Source of the DNA: a virus
Strand: one strand, 5' to 3'
IMG/VR virus record: IMGVR_UViG_3300031652_000001
Length of the DNA stretch: 64,000 nucleotides
The notes under the pieces are model-generated. The model saw only the letters and a list, made by a program, of their open reading frames with translations, made no database searches and had not been told where the DNA came from. The position numbers and the translations under genes are program-made. Numbering within the stretch: the first letter of the stretch is position 1; each line of letters starts with the position of its first letter. Positions 46,545 through 56,728 of this stretch are shown here, one piece after another.

Positions 46545-46925
46545 TCAAGACACCGTAAAAACCAGGTCATACTTGTCCAATGGATCTTCTACAGATCCAG
46601 CACCGGCAGCAACAATATTTCCGTACAAGACCTGTTTCTTTCCCTTGTTGTCCGAAAATGGAAATTCAAGCTTCCATGTCTTTTTCTCAGGTTGCCCGCT
46701 TTTGTTCTTCGTATAGAAGTTCTCAGTTGACTTCCAGTTAATACCTTTCTTGTTCATTTCATCGTAAAACCACTTTATAGGTCTCCAATACTGATCTGAA
46801 AAGAACCCGTTGAATCTGGTGCCAACGATCCCGAACAAAACCTTCTTCGCCGCCTGTTTCGTTTTTCCATCAAGCGATGAACCACCTTTTCCCTCGCCAA
46901 GATATGACCTCTTCCTTAAAGTCAC
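46545..46925 (-). CDS. putative internal virion protein with LRKRSYLGE signal
   Basis: GTG start with AGGAGG RBS. Confidence 0.7.
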   Translation of the reverse strand: MTLRKRSYLGEGKGGSSLDGKTKQAAKKVLFGIVGTRFNGFFSDQYWRPIKWFYDEMNKKGINWKSTENFYTKNKSGQPEKKTWKLEFPFSDNKGKKQVLYGNIVAAGAGSVEDPLDKYDLVFTVS

Positions 46926-46934
46926 AGCGTCCTC

Positions 46935-47423
46935 CTATTCGTTGTCAATGGCTGCCCATATGCTTCCGGCAGCAACAGTACCAGCAACACCAAGGACAAC
47001 TCCTGTAATTATACCAATACTAAGTTTATGCGTTTGCCACCATGAATCCCTGATTTTCTGTAGAGCCTCTTCCTTCTGATCTATTGTCTTGTCGGCACTC
47101 ATCAGCTCCCGCTCCTGGATCTGGATGATGGTAAGCAGAGCTTTCTTGTTGCTCAGTGCCAACTGGTAGACCTCGTCATAGGAGATCCGAAGCTCGACAG
47201 CTGCACCAGCTTTGGTCTCATCCAGAAGTACCCCATTAAACGGTGCTGGATCACCCTCTGACAAACCAGCTGCATCTCCTGAGCTTGGAGCCAAGTATTC
47301 TGGCATCACTGATACCTCCTCAGCTTTCTCGGTAATAGGGAGCCGTTCAGGAGTGCTTGGAGGAGGGGTGTTCTTTGTACATCCAATAACGAACAATGAA
47401 AAAATCAAAATAAAACGCAACAT
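46935..47423 (-). CDS. lipoprotein with C-terminal TM (unimolecular spanin-like)
   Basis: Lipobox VIG-C at residue 15, Pro-rich linker, coiled coil, C-terminal GIITGVVLGVAG TM. Confidence 0.65.
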   Translation of the reverse strand: MLRFILIFSLFVIGCTKNTPPPSTPERLPITEKAEEVSVMPEYLAPSSGDAAGLSEGDPAPFNGVLLDETKAGAAVELRISYDEVYQLALSNKKALLTIIQIQERELMSADKTIDQKEEALQKIRDSWWQTHKLSIGIITGVVLGVAGTVAAGSIWAAIDNE

Positions 47424-47431
47424 CTCTCACC

Positions 47432-47833
47432 TTAAATATCCACCTTTGTTATTGTATATCCAACATGGAAACAACTTGGTGGAATAGCCTGCTTCCTGCC
47501 GATGGATGATGTCTCGACCACTAAATCAAACCAGTAATCACCCTCTGACCAACCATTTGTATCATCCGGAACAAAATACACTTCAAGGTCACCATTCGTG
47601 GCATCCGTAATCAAAATCTCAGTGTCACCTCCACCGGCAGCCGTATTCCGTTTCAAGATGAGAGCATCAGCATCTGAGTCTGACGTCTCATCTTTCACCG
47701 ATAGCCAAAGGAGAGCACCTGTTAGATCGAGTGGTGTTGAAGGCACTGGAACATCTATCGTCAATGTAATTTTGGCCGTGTAATCCCTGCCAGGAAAAAC
47801 CGAAATACCACTAGAGCATGCGCAATCAACCAT
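47432..47833 (-). CDS. BppU/Ig-like virion accessory protein
   Basis: PLDLTGA.LW..VK...ITDATNG.LEVYF.PDDT...G.Y.FDL. Confidence 0.6.
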   Translation of the reverse strand: MVDCACSSGISVFPGRDYTAKITLTIDVPVPSTPLDLTGALLWLSVKDETSDSDADALILKRNTAAGGGDTEILITDATNGDLEVYFVPDDTNGWSEGDYWFDLVVETSSIGRKQAIPPSCFHVGYTITKVDI

Positions 47834-47834
47834 T

Positions 47835-48017
47835 TTAATCCTCCTCGACCTCGCTGCTTATCGTAGTGGCACTGACTTCAGAAAAAAGATTCTCAATGAC
47901 TTCTATCGCAGCAGATATGTTTCCAGAAGAATTCTCAATAACAGCAGAAACAGGTTCAGAAACAGATACAGCAGCAGCCACATTAATACCATCTTCTATA
48001 TTGACAGTTATGTCCAT
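47835..48017 (-). CDS. small acidic beta-rich protein
   Basis: 60 aa, tiles with neighbours. Confidence 0.55.
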   Translation of the reverse strand: MDITVNIEDGINVAAAVSVSEPVSAVIENSSGNISAAIEVIENLFSEVSATTISSEVEED

Positions 48018-48024
48018 AAACTAC

Positions 48025-48639
48025 TCACTTCTTATCCCGTCTCTTGTTCCGAGTAACAGGTTTGGAATTACTCTTCATCTGGGTGTCTATCGACTGAAGA
48101 TTAAAAAGAATATGTCGGTATCGTTTATCCCCAGTCTCATTATTTTTTTCAATAGTGTTTTTAAGACTTTTACTGTCCTCCTGTAAGGTAACAACATCTT
48201 GCTTCATATCAATCACCTGGCTCTTGGTGACCACCGTCTCGGTCTTGATGTTGAATATGAAAGCTGCACCGGTGAATAATGCCAAAATGACAGAAATTAT
48301 GGCACCTATTTTCAACCCTCTGTTTCCGTAAAGCACTTTCCTGATGTCCCTGACATCATCCGTTATTGACGCAATACTGTCCCGCTGGGAACAGATGTGT
48401 GGTGAATTAGCCATCCTAATTGCCTCCTCTGCTTTCGATATCGCTTCTTTTGCCCTTATGGAAATCCGTTGCGTACCTTCATTGATTGTACGCTTCTCGA
48501 CATCAGCAATCTTTATATTGTTGTCTATTGCGGCCTGCATTCGCCTTTCAAGCTCCTTAATCTCCCTTCTGATTTCCTCCTCGAACATTGATTTGAGTTC
48601 ATCAATTAGCTCCCTCTTCTCTGACCGAGTCATTACCAT
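48025..48639 (-). CDS. coiled-coil membrane protein
   Basis: Central TM IGAIISVILALFTGAAFIF flanked by coiled coils. Confidence 0.7.
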   Translation of the reverse strand: MVMTRSEKRELIDELKSMFEEEIRREIKELERRMQAAIDNNIKIADVEKRTINEGTQRISIRAKEAISKAEEAIRMANSPHICSQRDSIASITDDVRDIRKVLYGNRGLKIGAIISVILALFTGAAFIFNIKTETVVTKSQVIDMKQDVVTLQEDSKSLKNTIEKNNETGDKRYRHILFNLQSIDTQMKSNSKPVTRNKRRDKK

Positions 48640-48686
48640 TTCCGCCTACTTTTTCCCCCATGTCCCCTCCTTAATAGGGCCGATCA

Positions 48687-49064
48687 TCAATCCTTTGTGA
48701 TCGGCCCAGATCCTTCAGCCTTTGTCGTCACCACACCTGTTTTTGTATTATACGATGTCGATGGGTCATTAAAATTGACACCATATCGCTCAGAAAACTC
48801 TGCAAGCAAAGCCCTTTTACTTTCATTTATTCCAAGTAGTTTTTTCTCAATCAAAGCAATATCTGATTGAAGCTTTTGCAAAGACAGGGTGGTCTGAGCC
48901 TCGATACGCTCAGAATCAACCCGCTTTGCCTTTATCCCCTCAACAAGCCTTGCCATCTTCTCATTCATAAGCTCAATCCTGAGCTTGTCTGTTTCTGACA
49001 AAGTGGTGGGGGTAGAAACAACTTTACACGTTACATCTTCATTTTTCGTTTCATCGCTGTTCAT
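48687..49064 (-). CDS. coiled-coil hypothetical protein
   Basis: 125 aa. Confidence 0.7.
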   Translation of the reverse strand: MNSDETKNEDVTCKVVSTPTTLSETDKLRIELMNEKMARLVEGIKAKRVDSERIEAQTTLSLQKLQSDIALIEKKLLGINESKRALLAEFSERYGVNFNDPSTSYNTKTGVVTTKAEGSGPITKD

Positions 49065-49187
49065 ATCAAGATCCTTTCCAAGCCAATCGGCCTTTGAAAC
49101 AACTTTAACCTATCTATCATTTGGAGTTCAAACTTCCACCACTATTGTCAAACAAATAAGTGGTTTTATTAGAATTGAAAGGATATC

Positions 49188-49520
49188 TTACAGATTGTTT
49201 TTCAAAAGACTGGCAAGCTTTTTCCGTCTGGTAACCCCATCGGGTTCTTTCCGGATCTCCTCAAGCTCTTTCTTCTTCGCCGTAGATTTCTCCTTAATGA
49301 TTGCCTGCTCAACCTTGACATCCGTGAGCGCCTCAATGGCTCGCTGCTTTGCAACTTGGACGTAAGAGACAGACTTCTTGGAAGCGGTATCCTCAATAGC
49401 TTCCTGCTCCTTCTCATCACGCTTTATGAAGCCAACAACAGTTACCGCACCAAGAACAAGCAAGATCAACCACCAAAACATCTTGAGTACATTCCATATC
49501 CAAAGCCCTACCGATTTCAT
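49188..49520 (-). CDS. N-anchored coiled-coil membrane protein (i-spanin-like)
   Basis: N-terminal TM followed by charged helix; directly after the holin-like gene. Confidence 0.55.
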   Translation of the reverse strand: MKSVGLWIWNVLKMFWWLILLVLGAVTVVGFIKRDEKEQEAIEDTASKKSVSYVQVAKQRAIEALTDVKVEQAIIKEKSTAKKKELEEIRKEPDGVTRRKKLASLLKNNL

Positions 49521-49532
49521 CTTTTTCTCCAA

Positions 49533-49886
49533 TCAGTTCTCATCCGATATGTTTGCTTTCGCAGCATTTCTCGAAGCCTTACTCCCCATCAACATCTTGA
49601 TCCGATCACCAAACATCTGTCTGACAATCCCATACGTTGTCGCCGAAAGAGAACCAGCCACAAGTCCAATAATGGCATTTTGAGCCGTCTCCTTCATCGG
49701 TGACAGCTGAGGAATCATCGCCAGACCAACACCGAGAAATACCGGCAATATCCTCAAAATGGCTTTCCACAACTTCGTGTTCTCAATTTTATCGGGAAGA
49801 ATCTGGCGTATCACCCAGATTATTGTCCCAACACCCAACAAAATTAGGACGGTGTTTTGATTAATAATTGCATCTACAACACTCAT
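49533..49886 (-). CDS. putative holin
   Basis: 117 aa, three hydrophobic segments, basic C-terminus. Confidence 0.65.
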   Translation of the reverse strand: MSVVDAIINQNTVLILLGVGTIIWVIRQILPDKIENTKLWKAILRILPVFLGVGLAMIPQLSPMKETAQNAIIGLVAGSLSATTYGIVRQMFGDRIKMLMGSKASRNAAKANISDEN

Positions 49887-50065
49887 GAGTCATCTCCTTC
49901 TACTTCCTTAGCAAACTCATCAAGGAGCTTGGTAAGCTTATCAGCCAATACCTTAGAGGCTGACATTCCTCTTTTGGCTGCAATCTTAGTCAACAATATG
50001 AACAATTTCCTTGGAACAGCCATAGGAACGATCACATAGTTGGCCTGGTCCTTTTCGCTTATCAT
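49883..50065 (-). CDS. ribbon-helix-helix-like small DNA-binding protein
   Basis: V...VPRKL...L..IAAKRGMSAS..L. Confidence 0.6.
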   Translation of the reverse strand: MISEKDQANYVIVPMAVPRKLFILLTKIAAKRGMSASKVLADKLTKLLDEFAKEVEGDDS

Positions 50066-50745
50066 TTTCTCGTATATCTATCGGCCATACTCCGAAAGTC
50101 TTTTGCACTATACGGATATATGCCGCCACCTATTTGCATGGTCTCAGAAAATGACAATGGTAGATTAGCGTACCTCGTGTTCCCAGTCTGAAACCAATTC
50201 ATCCGGCTCACAGCAACCTCATCAAGATGGACGTAAATGCCGTTTCCACCACTCTCAAAACCATACTGAGATTGACCAAACGTCTCACCAGCAGCCCAGT
50301 TGACACCAAGGGATACCTTTGGTGCAAACAACCACAAGACAGGTGGAGCAACCGAAACAACACTATCACCTATGGTGCTATAAGAAAGAGTCCCAAGCAT
50401 TCTCAACCAAGCTATGGCGCCCTCAATGTCAACGTTGAACTTATCTTCATCAACATCCTTGCCTATCTCACCATCTATATCTCTAGAAAAAGTTACCGAA
50501 AAACTGATCGTGTGATCACCTCCGCTTGTCCACTGTTTCAACGGTAATGGAGATCCAGGTATTTCTATGCTTTGCCAATTAGAAGACTGACTCGTATCAA
50601 TCGTCTCAGGCCAATACTGAAGAGTTTTCTTTCCACCATATGCTTGGTTTTCTTTACCATTACTATCAAGCGGCATTATCACAAATTCAGCCGGTTTTTG
50701 ATACGTAATAAACGGACCTTCCATGCCCGAAAACGGACCAGCCAT
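50062..50745 (-). CDS. contractile-tail tube-initiator/baseplate-hub-like protein
   Basis: QYWPETI......NW..IEIPG..LP..QW.SG...TISF. Confidence 0.65.
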   Translation of the reverse strand: MAGPFSGMEGPFITYQKPAEFVIMPLDSNGKENQAYGGKKTLQYWPETIDTSQSSNWQSIEIPGSPLPLKQWTSGGDHTISFSVTFSRDIDGEIGKDVDEDKFNVDIEGAIAWLRMLGTLSYSTIGDSVVSVAPPVLWLFAPKVSLGVNWAAGETFGQSQYGFESGGNGIYVHLDEVAVSRMNWFQTGNTRYANLPLSFSETMQIGGGIYPYSAKDFRSMADRYTRK

Positions 50746-50748
50746 GAC

Positions 50749-52947
50749 TCAATACACCTTTCTGTCATCCACCTCAAAAACAGAGTACTGGAAGACTTCA
50801 TCACTTCCAGTACCGTTCTGGATCCTGAATCCACTACTATAATAAACATTTGCCTGACTACCGCCACTTGTTGCTCCCCAGAACCCAGCATTTCCCCATA
50901 CCAACGAAACCGCAGTCCCAACGAAAGCATACAATGCAAACTCACCAGCAACCGTGGCCCGAATCATAAACAGACCAAAATGCTGAGCTAAAGAAACCAG
51001 AATTGAATTTCCATTCGCGAGATCAAGTTCAAAACCTAGAGTGAACAAACCACCCATTCTATCGTTTGATCCTTCATATCTCCACATCCCACCCATCGTC
51101 TGCCATTCATCCTGATCCCATGGTTCAGCTTCAGCAGAAGTATCATGATAATAAACACCAAATACCTTAACGTCATCCCTCGGGTTCATTGCTATACCCA
51201 TAGCATCGAAGGAATTAGTTTTCACATCAAACCCACTGGAGGAATAAAAAGCATTTGTCGTTATCCAAGCACGATCATAATCTGGAGAACTCAACTGAAG
51301 ACCAGCATCATAAGGCTGACCGAAATCAATACCACAACCTACTAGACATCTCACAGCACTACGGACTCTGACTTCATCAAATAAATCCATGATGCCATTG
51401 TCGTTAAAATATTCAACAGAACCATTACCCCATCTCATAATCACATCAAATGGATCAGAATCCGATCTTGTTACGGCGGCAATTGAATATGGTGAAACAA
51501 GTGTTGTTGCCGCGACAGAATTCTCCAACGTAGCAATGAAAAACTTTCCTTGATAAATACCATAAACACAAATATCCCCACCAGTATTTGTTTTTATGTT
51601 TCCGTCAACAGAATCAATATAGGCACTTCCTTGAATAACAACATATCCATTCTGATTCACGTATTTTGATGTGGTTTGAGCTGTGACTCCAGAATCAGCA
51701 GCCAAACCACCATTTCGATACACTAAAGTGTATGTTGTCGATAAAGTCCTAAGATCTATCTGTGTCTCATTGACAGCACTGAGAAGCGTCTCTAGCGCCT
51801 CCTGTATCGATGACGAATTCGGTATCGTCCACCGATCATAGGGCTCAGCTCCAGTCGTTCCAGCTGCCTTTGCATACGACCTCTCAGCATGTACAAAAGC
51901 ATCCAATGTTGAATGAGGAATACTATCCAGAGTCGTTGGGATGTCCTCGATAGATACCTGCTTTGTATAAAGCAAATACACCGACGAATCGGGAACGGTC
52001 CCACCACTCGAAGACAACTGAACATACGGGTTCTCATAAAACCCATCAGCATCAGCATGCGTAGATGGAATAAGTGCTGCCGAATCATCATTGGTTCTAA
52101 GATTTGAAACATAAACTAACGAATTATCTGTAAGAACCCTTCTATCATCCCCGTATATCGATGAAGTTGACAAAACAAGGAACAGACCTCTGACTGAAGA
52201 AGTATAGGAACCATTACCAACAAAGACTTTTCCAGTAATCTGGAAACGTTCACCACTTGGAGTAAACTGTTCTTTTACCCGAACAGACATAAATCCATCC
52301 GTATATTCCTCTGTCATGAATCTATTCGTAGCACTGGGGGGAGTGGTACCCGGATAACCAGTAAATGCATCCTTCTCATCAGATGTCGGAATGGCATACG
52401 CTTGAACATTCGAGAGATACCCATATCTACGGTCAGTACTCAGAACCGATCCCTCTGTAGTGCGAAGTGGATATGGAACAGGTTTTGCTGAATCAAGAGC
52501 CTCAAAAGTAGCTTGGTCCAAACCAGTATCGGTGGCATGAATCGTTATTTTGAAAAACACCAAATCATCCTTACCGACAAGCTTGCTTGCAGATGGGACG
52601 ACATCTGTAAAAAAATATTCTCCAGTTGTTGGATTTCCGCTTGAATAATCAATCCTTATACCAACATACCATTCTTGTGTAGTGGCAGCCGGAAACAACG
52701 ATGAACAATCAATTGTGGCAACGTCCGGATCTCTTACCAATAAACCAAAACCATTTATCGTATCCCTGACAACAAACGTCCCACCATTCACTCTGAGTGT
52801 CACTGTATCAGAGTAGTCAACATCGCCACCATCATGTAAACCAGGTGGGAAAATTGCTGTCTTCCTGTTCAAACCTTCGCTGACATATGTCTCATCCCAA
52901 CGAATCTTAATCTTCTCTTGCGCCACTGATGTGGTCAGCTCTGCCAT
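50749..52947 (-). CDS. tail fibre / virion structural protein
   Basis: 732 aa, S/T/G-rich, follows the tail-collar gene. Confidence 0.7.
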   Translation of the reverse strand: MAELTTSVAQEKIKIRWDETYVSEGLNRKTAIFPPGLHDGGDVDYSDTVTLRVNGGTFVVRDTINGFGLLVRDPDVATIDCSSLFPAATTQEWYVGIRIDYSSGNPTTGEYFFTDVVPSASKLVGKDDLVFFKITIHATDTGLDQATFEALDSAKPVPYPLRTTEGSVLSTDRRYGYLSNVQAYAIPTSDEKDAFTGYPGTTPPSATNRFMTEEYTDGFMSVRVKEQFTPSGERFQITGKVFVGNGSYTSSVRGLFLVLSTSSIYGDDRRVLTDNSLVYVSNLRTNDDSAALIPSTHADADGFYENPYVQLSSSGGTVPDSSVYLLYTKQVSIEDIPTTLDSIPHSTLDAFVHAERSYAKAAGTTGAEPYDRWTIPNSSSIQEALETLLSAVNETQIDLRTLSTTYTLVYRNGGLAADSGVTAQTTSKYVNQNGYVVIQGSAYIDSVDGNIKTNTGGDICVYGIYQGKFFIATLENSVAATTLVSPYSIAAVTRSDSDPFDVIMRWGNGSVEYFNDNGIMDLFDEVRVRSAVRCLVGCGIDFGQPYDAGLQLSSPDYDRAWITTNAFYSSSGFDVKTNSFDAMGIAMNPRDDVKVFGVYYHDTSAEAEPWDQDEWQTMGGMWRYEGSNDRMGGLFTLGFELDLANGNSILVSLAQHFGLFMIRATVAGEFALYAFVGTAVSLVWGNAGFWGATSGGSQANVYYSSGFRIQNGTGSDEVFQYSVFEVDDRKVY

Positions 52948-52959
52948 GATGACATCTCC

Positions 52960-53958
52960 TCAGAATATGAAGTCGAAAGTATGCACTACTTCCAGTGGTG
53001 CAACTTTTCTCTGTTTGTCAAAAGTGAAATATCCAAGCATCACATCATTGTCATCGAATATCCCACCTTCAAAATAGTATGGAGTCCCACCATACGTTGC
53101 TCCTCGTCCATCATCGATGCCCTCCACAGCCTGTAGTTTTATCGTACATCGGACTGTCGCGTAGCCTACACCCCTGAATTCGACTTTCGTATCTGCATCG
53201 GCACCAAATGACTTCGTAAAAGTAAACAGCTCTGGATTTCCATCAGCAGCCAAAGGTGAGCTTTCAGACTCAAGCTCCGTATAGGCCAACCCAGCAGATG
53301 CATCCTTTTTCAAGTCATGATATTTGAACCTCACACGAACAATGTTTCCAAGAGTAACAGGACTCATGAACGTTACTGACAAATTTCCATTCTTGTAGTT
53401 TACAGATCCAGTTCCATTGCCTGTCAATGTTCCAGAACCAGTTGTATCGGTCATCGTTTGAACAACGACAAGACCAGGCGTCACTTCTTCTACAACAAGA
53501 GGATAATGCTTTGCATCATCTATTGGGCCTATCGCCACAGGAAGCCTGCTGACATATAGAAGACCATCTGGAGTCGAATCTGTGAAATCCTCATTCATGA
53601 CAATAAAAGTATTTCCACCTAACTCCGTTGCTCCACCTGTAGCAACCGTATAGTTGCCATTATTACCAGAAGAATTTTCAACCTTCACAAGAGCACCATC
53701 TGGAAAAAAATCGGCATGTTCACCAGAAATTTCAAACTCATTCGCAACCACATCTACACCAATGACAGAAAAGTCCCCTCCACTCACCGTGTGTGTATAT
53801 GTGCTTTCAGTTCCAGTAGCCGACTCCTCAATTACTTCCATAACCTCAGATGATAAAACAAAACCACCTTCTCCGATTTTGAAATACGAAATCCTATCCA
53901 TAACCATCTGAGCAATCGCATCCAAACCTGCCGTAGTCCGTACCGCCGTTCCACTCAT
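52960..53958 (-). CDS. tail-collar/fibre base protein (P2 gpH N-terminal-like) with inserted domains
   Basis: TTAGL..IA....ISYFKIGEGG ... EGGIFD....ML.Y.TF....K. Confidence 0.7.
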   Translation of the reverse strand: MSGTAVRTTAGLDAIAQMVMDRISYFKIGEGGFVLSSEVMEVIEESATGTESTYTHTVSGGDFSVIGVDVVANEFEISGEHADFFPDGALVKVENSSGNNGNYTVATGGATELGGNTFIVMNEDFTDSTPDGLLYVSRLPVAIGPIDDAKHYPLVVEEVTPGLVVVQTMTDTTGSGTLTGNGTGSVNYKNGNLSVTFMSPVTLGNIVRVRFKYHDLKKDASAGLAYTELESESSPLAADGNPELFTFTKSFGADADTKVEFRGVGYATVRCTIKLQAVEGIDDGRGATYGGTPYYFEGGIFDDNDVMLGYFTFDKQRKVAPLEVVHTFDFIF

Positions 53959-53968
53959 TTTATCCTCC

Positions 53969-54517
53969 TCACCATGAAGTATCATCCAATTTCACATGCA
54001 ATCCACTCTCATCAGTACTTGCTTCGTCAGCAGGAACAATATCAAAGTGGTAAACGATATTTACTAAGTAATATTCCTCTATGACTTCTCTCAAAATCTC
54101 ATCATGAATCGGCAATATGTCCCGTTCTATCTTCAAGAAAAGCCTTTCCCAAGCATCAGTAAGAGTAAATTGATCAGAACCAGAAATCTGCCCTGGAGTT
54201 ACACTCAACTTCACAAAATAGGTTGGGCATTTACCACAATTAACTCCACAACCACCCTCAACAGGATCATAATCAGCTGTTATTTCTGTGCCAATTACTG
54301 GACTCGGACCATAGAAATCAAAAGCTATCCACCCATTTTCATAATCAACAATCCCTATCCCAGTACCTGATAGATCCCCGAGACCATCATCTGTCAATAT
54401 TTTATCGTTTACACCATCCCTACACAAGATGACCAAAGATCCAGGAATTATCGGATAACAACCAAGTTGAATCAGATAAACATCTTCACCAGTAGCAAAT
54501 TCCCAATCAAACGCCAT
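53969..54517 (-). CDS. baseplate protein, probable C-terminal half of a gpI-like wedge protein
   Basis: PIIPGS...TDDG.G.L.G.G.G.VDY..G module; L...IERDILPIH resembles gpI C-terminus. Confidence 0.55.
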   Translation of the reverse strand: MAFDWEFATGEDVYLIQLGCYPIIPGSLVILCRDGVNDKILTDDGLGDLSGTGIGIVDYENGWIAFDFYGPSPVIGTEITADYDPVEGGCGVNCGKCPTYFVKLSVTPGQISGSDQFTLTDAWERLFLKIERDILPIHDEILREVIEEYYLVNIVYHFDIVPADEASTDESGLHVKLDDTSW

Positions 54518-54526
54518 CTATATCTC

Positions 54527-56728
54527 CTAGTCCCAAAGCACTGGTGCCTCTTTCGTTACTTCATTCCCAAACTCATCAGTAGCCGTAACCCGAACGACCA
54601 CTGTTATATTTTCATCCCAAGGAGAATCCTTTTCAACTTTTATGATCGTTCTCTGAGGGTCTGCTTGGTGAAAATCCACATATGAATCAGAACCGTTGTA
54701 TGGAGCAACAAAGGATCCATTTACATATGCATCAACAAAAGCATCACCATCTTCACTTATCTGTATAGTTACATCCTGAATTCTGCTCGAAAAACAATAT
54801 ATTTCAGTGGTCGCTGCAATGAACAAAATCGAAACACCTGTTTGAGTATCATCAGGAGTCGAATCAATAAATCTTGGCTCTATCTCTGAAGCTATTCCTC
54901 CAAACTGGTTTCTTCCGAATGTATTTTGACCAAAACCAATATCATCTCCGAAGAACTCAACCGGAACAGGTGGTTCTTCTATCGTTATCTGATATCCATT
55001 CGAAAGGTTTCCGCCTGAATTCGTAACAAACACCCACCCATTACCATAAAAAGCACCTTCGTTGTCCATGGTAAAAACAGCTTCACTATCAGAAATGGTT
55101 GTAGGCACCTGAACATATTTGTTTGCTGTCGCATATACTGAATCATCACATACCTCAATAGTCAGATCAGTTGTTCCAAAAAAGGTACCTGTTATGGTTG
55201 CCTGTTCAGAATTACCAAGACTGGATGGAGACACATCAGTAATGGTCGGATCGGCATCAAGCGTTATCGCAAACCCAGCACTTATTTGTCCAAGAGGTGT
55301 CGTAACAAAAACATAACATGTCCCACTCGACAAGGTCCCTCGATTCACTGTGATTTCGAGCTGACCATTCAGTTGTGACGTAACCGTTTGAGTCGCCAAG
55401 TTGGCCAAACTATGATCAGCATTGTCACCAATCTCAACAATCGAACCAGACTCCATAAAATCAAAACCATCAACCAAAACACCAGTCTGACCATTATAAA
55501 GAGTCGTTGGCGCTACTGAAGAAATTGCCGGTGCCTTCCATCCAACAGCAACTACCAAATTATCGTAATAAGTCGTTGAATATGAACCACCAAAAGGGTC
55601 TGGAGCAGCAAACGCAGCATACAATGCCCCTCGGTAATGCCTTGTTCCAGATGGATTATCAACCTGTGAAACTACACCATCTGTATCGGCACAAGTTCCT
55701 ATATAGACAGTATCTCCATTAGAAACCTCAATATTTGATACATCAGAAAAAGCCCACTCGTCAGCAATGCAAGAAATCCCTGTGTTATCTGCCCATATCA
55801 ATTCAGCAGTGTCTGGAACAGCACCCTTATAGAGATTCTTCTTCATTAAACCTGACACCATAGAATGGGCACCAACTTTAGTAATGACCATATCGTCACT
55901 CAGGACATAATCCTCTATTACGTGCTGATTTGCAGCTGTTGTCGTTCGAGTCTCTGTGTCCTGAGTTCCAAACAATATCGATTCCATACTGAAAGAAACC
56001 GATAGACCAGTATCGTTCACAAGACCAAGATTGGTCTCCACAAAAATATAGTACGAACCAGACGTGAAAGTACCTTCATCAACTGTGAATCTTATTTCAT
56101 CATCTGTCTGACTATCTTTCGGCTGAGATCTCTTATTCGCAGTTAAAAAATCTGGACCATCACAGAGCCACACAGTGGCACCAGAACCCATAAAATTAGT
56201 CCCACCCAGTGAGACCTTCTCTTGACCTCTATAAAGCGTTGACGAGGCAATGGTGGTTACTGTCGGAGCTATCCAACCAAGTGCTGCTCCAGCAATCCGA
56301 TATGTTGTATCACTACTGTAACCAGATATTGTACTTGGAGCAGAAAATGAAGCATACGACTGAGGACCATTAAAATATCTGGTAGCGCCACCAGCAGCTT
56401 TTAAACCAGCTGCACCATCTACACTCGGAAAAACACCAATACAGTATTCACCACCAGCTGAAACAGCAATTGGACTTGGAAGATTTATTTCATTCCATCC
56501 GACAGAAACAGCTATTGTCCCAGTGTCATCCGCCCAAAGCAAATCACCAGGAACACCACCAGACGCCTCATAGACTTGAAGCTTAATAAATCCATCGACA
56601 AGAACATGGATTTTTATTTTCGTTATAAATCCATCATAAACAGAAACGTCTGGATCAACTTCATGGTAAGAGGATGATCCGTTTGATGTCGAAATCGTTG
56701 TGTCGTCACCCAAAAAAACTATTTCCAT
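54527..56728 (-). CDS. virion decoration/adhesin with duplicated beta-sandwich, three IPT/TIG and Ig-like domains
   Basis: Three repeats P.I..V.P..L......G..F; GFGQNTFGRNQFGG motif. Confidence 0.75.
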   Translation of the reverse strand: MEIVFLGDDTTISTSNGSSSYHEVDPDVSVYDGFITKIKIHVLVDGFIKLQVYEASGGVPGDLLWADDTGTIAVSVGWNEINLPSPIAVSAGGEYCIGVFPSVDGAAGLKAAGGATRYFNGPQSYASFSAPSTISGYSSDTTYRIAGAALGWIAPTVTTIASSTLYRGQEKVSLGGTNFMGSGATVWLCDGPDFLTANKRSQPKDSQTDDEIRFTVDEGTFTSGSYYIFVETNLGLVNDTGLSVSFSMESILFGTQDTETRTTTAANQHVIEDYVLSDDMVITKVGAHSMVSGLMKKNLYKGAVPDTAELIWADNTGISCIADEWAFSDVSNIEVSNGDTVYIGTCADTDGVVSQVDNPSGTRHYRGALYAAFAAPDPFGGSYSTTYYDNLVVAVGWKAPAISSVAPTTLYNGQTGVLVDGFDFMESGSIVEIGDNADHSLANLATQTVTSQLNGQLEITVNRGTLSSGTCYVFVTTPLGQISAGFAITLDADPTITDVSPSSLGNSEQATITGTFFGTTDLTIEVCDDSVYATANKYVQVPTTISDSEAVFTMDNEGAFYGNGWVFVTNSGGNLSNGYQITIEEPPVPVEFFGDDIGFGQNTFGRNQFGGIASEIEPRFIDSTPDDTQTGVSILFIAATTEIYCFSSRIQDVTIQISEDGDAFVDAYVNGSFVAPYNGSDSYVDFHQADPQRTIIKVEKDSPWDENITVVVRVTATDEFGNEVTKEAPVLWD

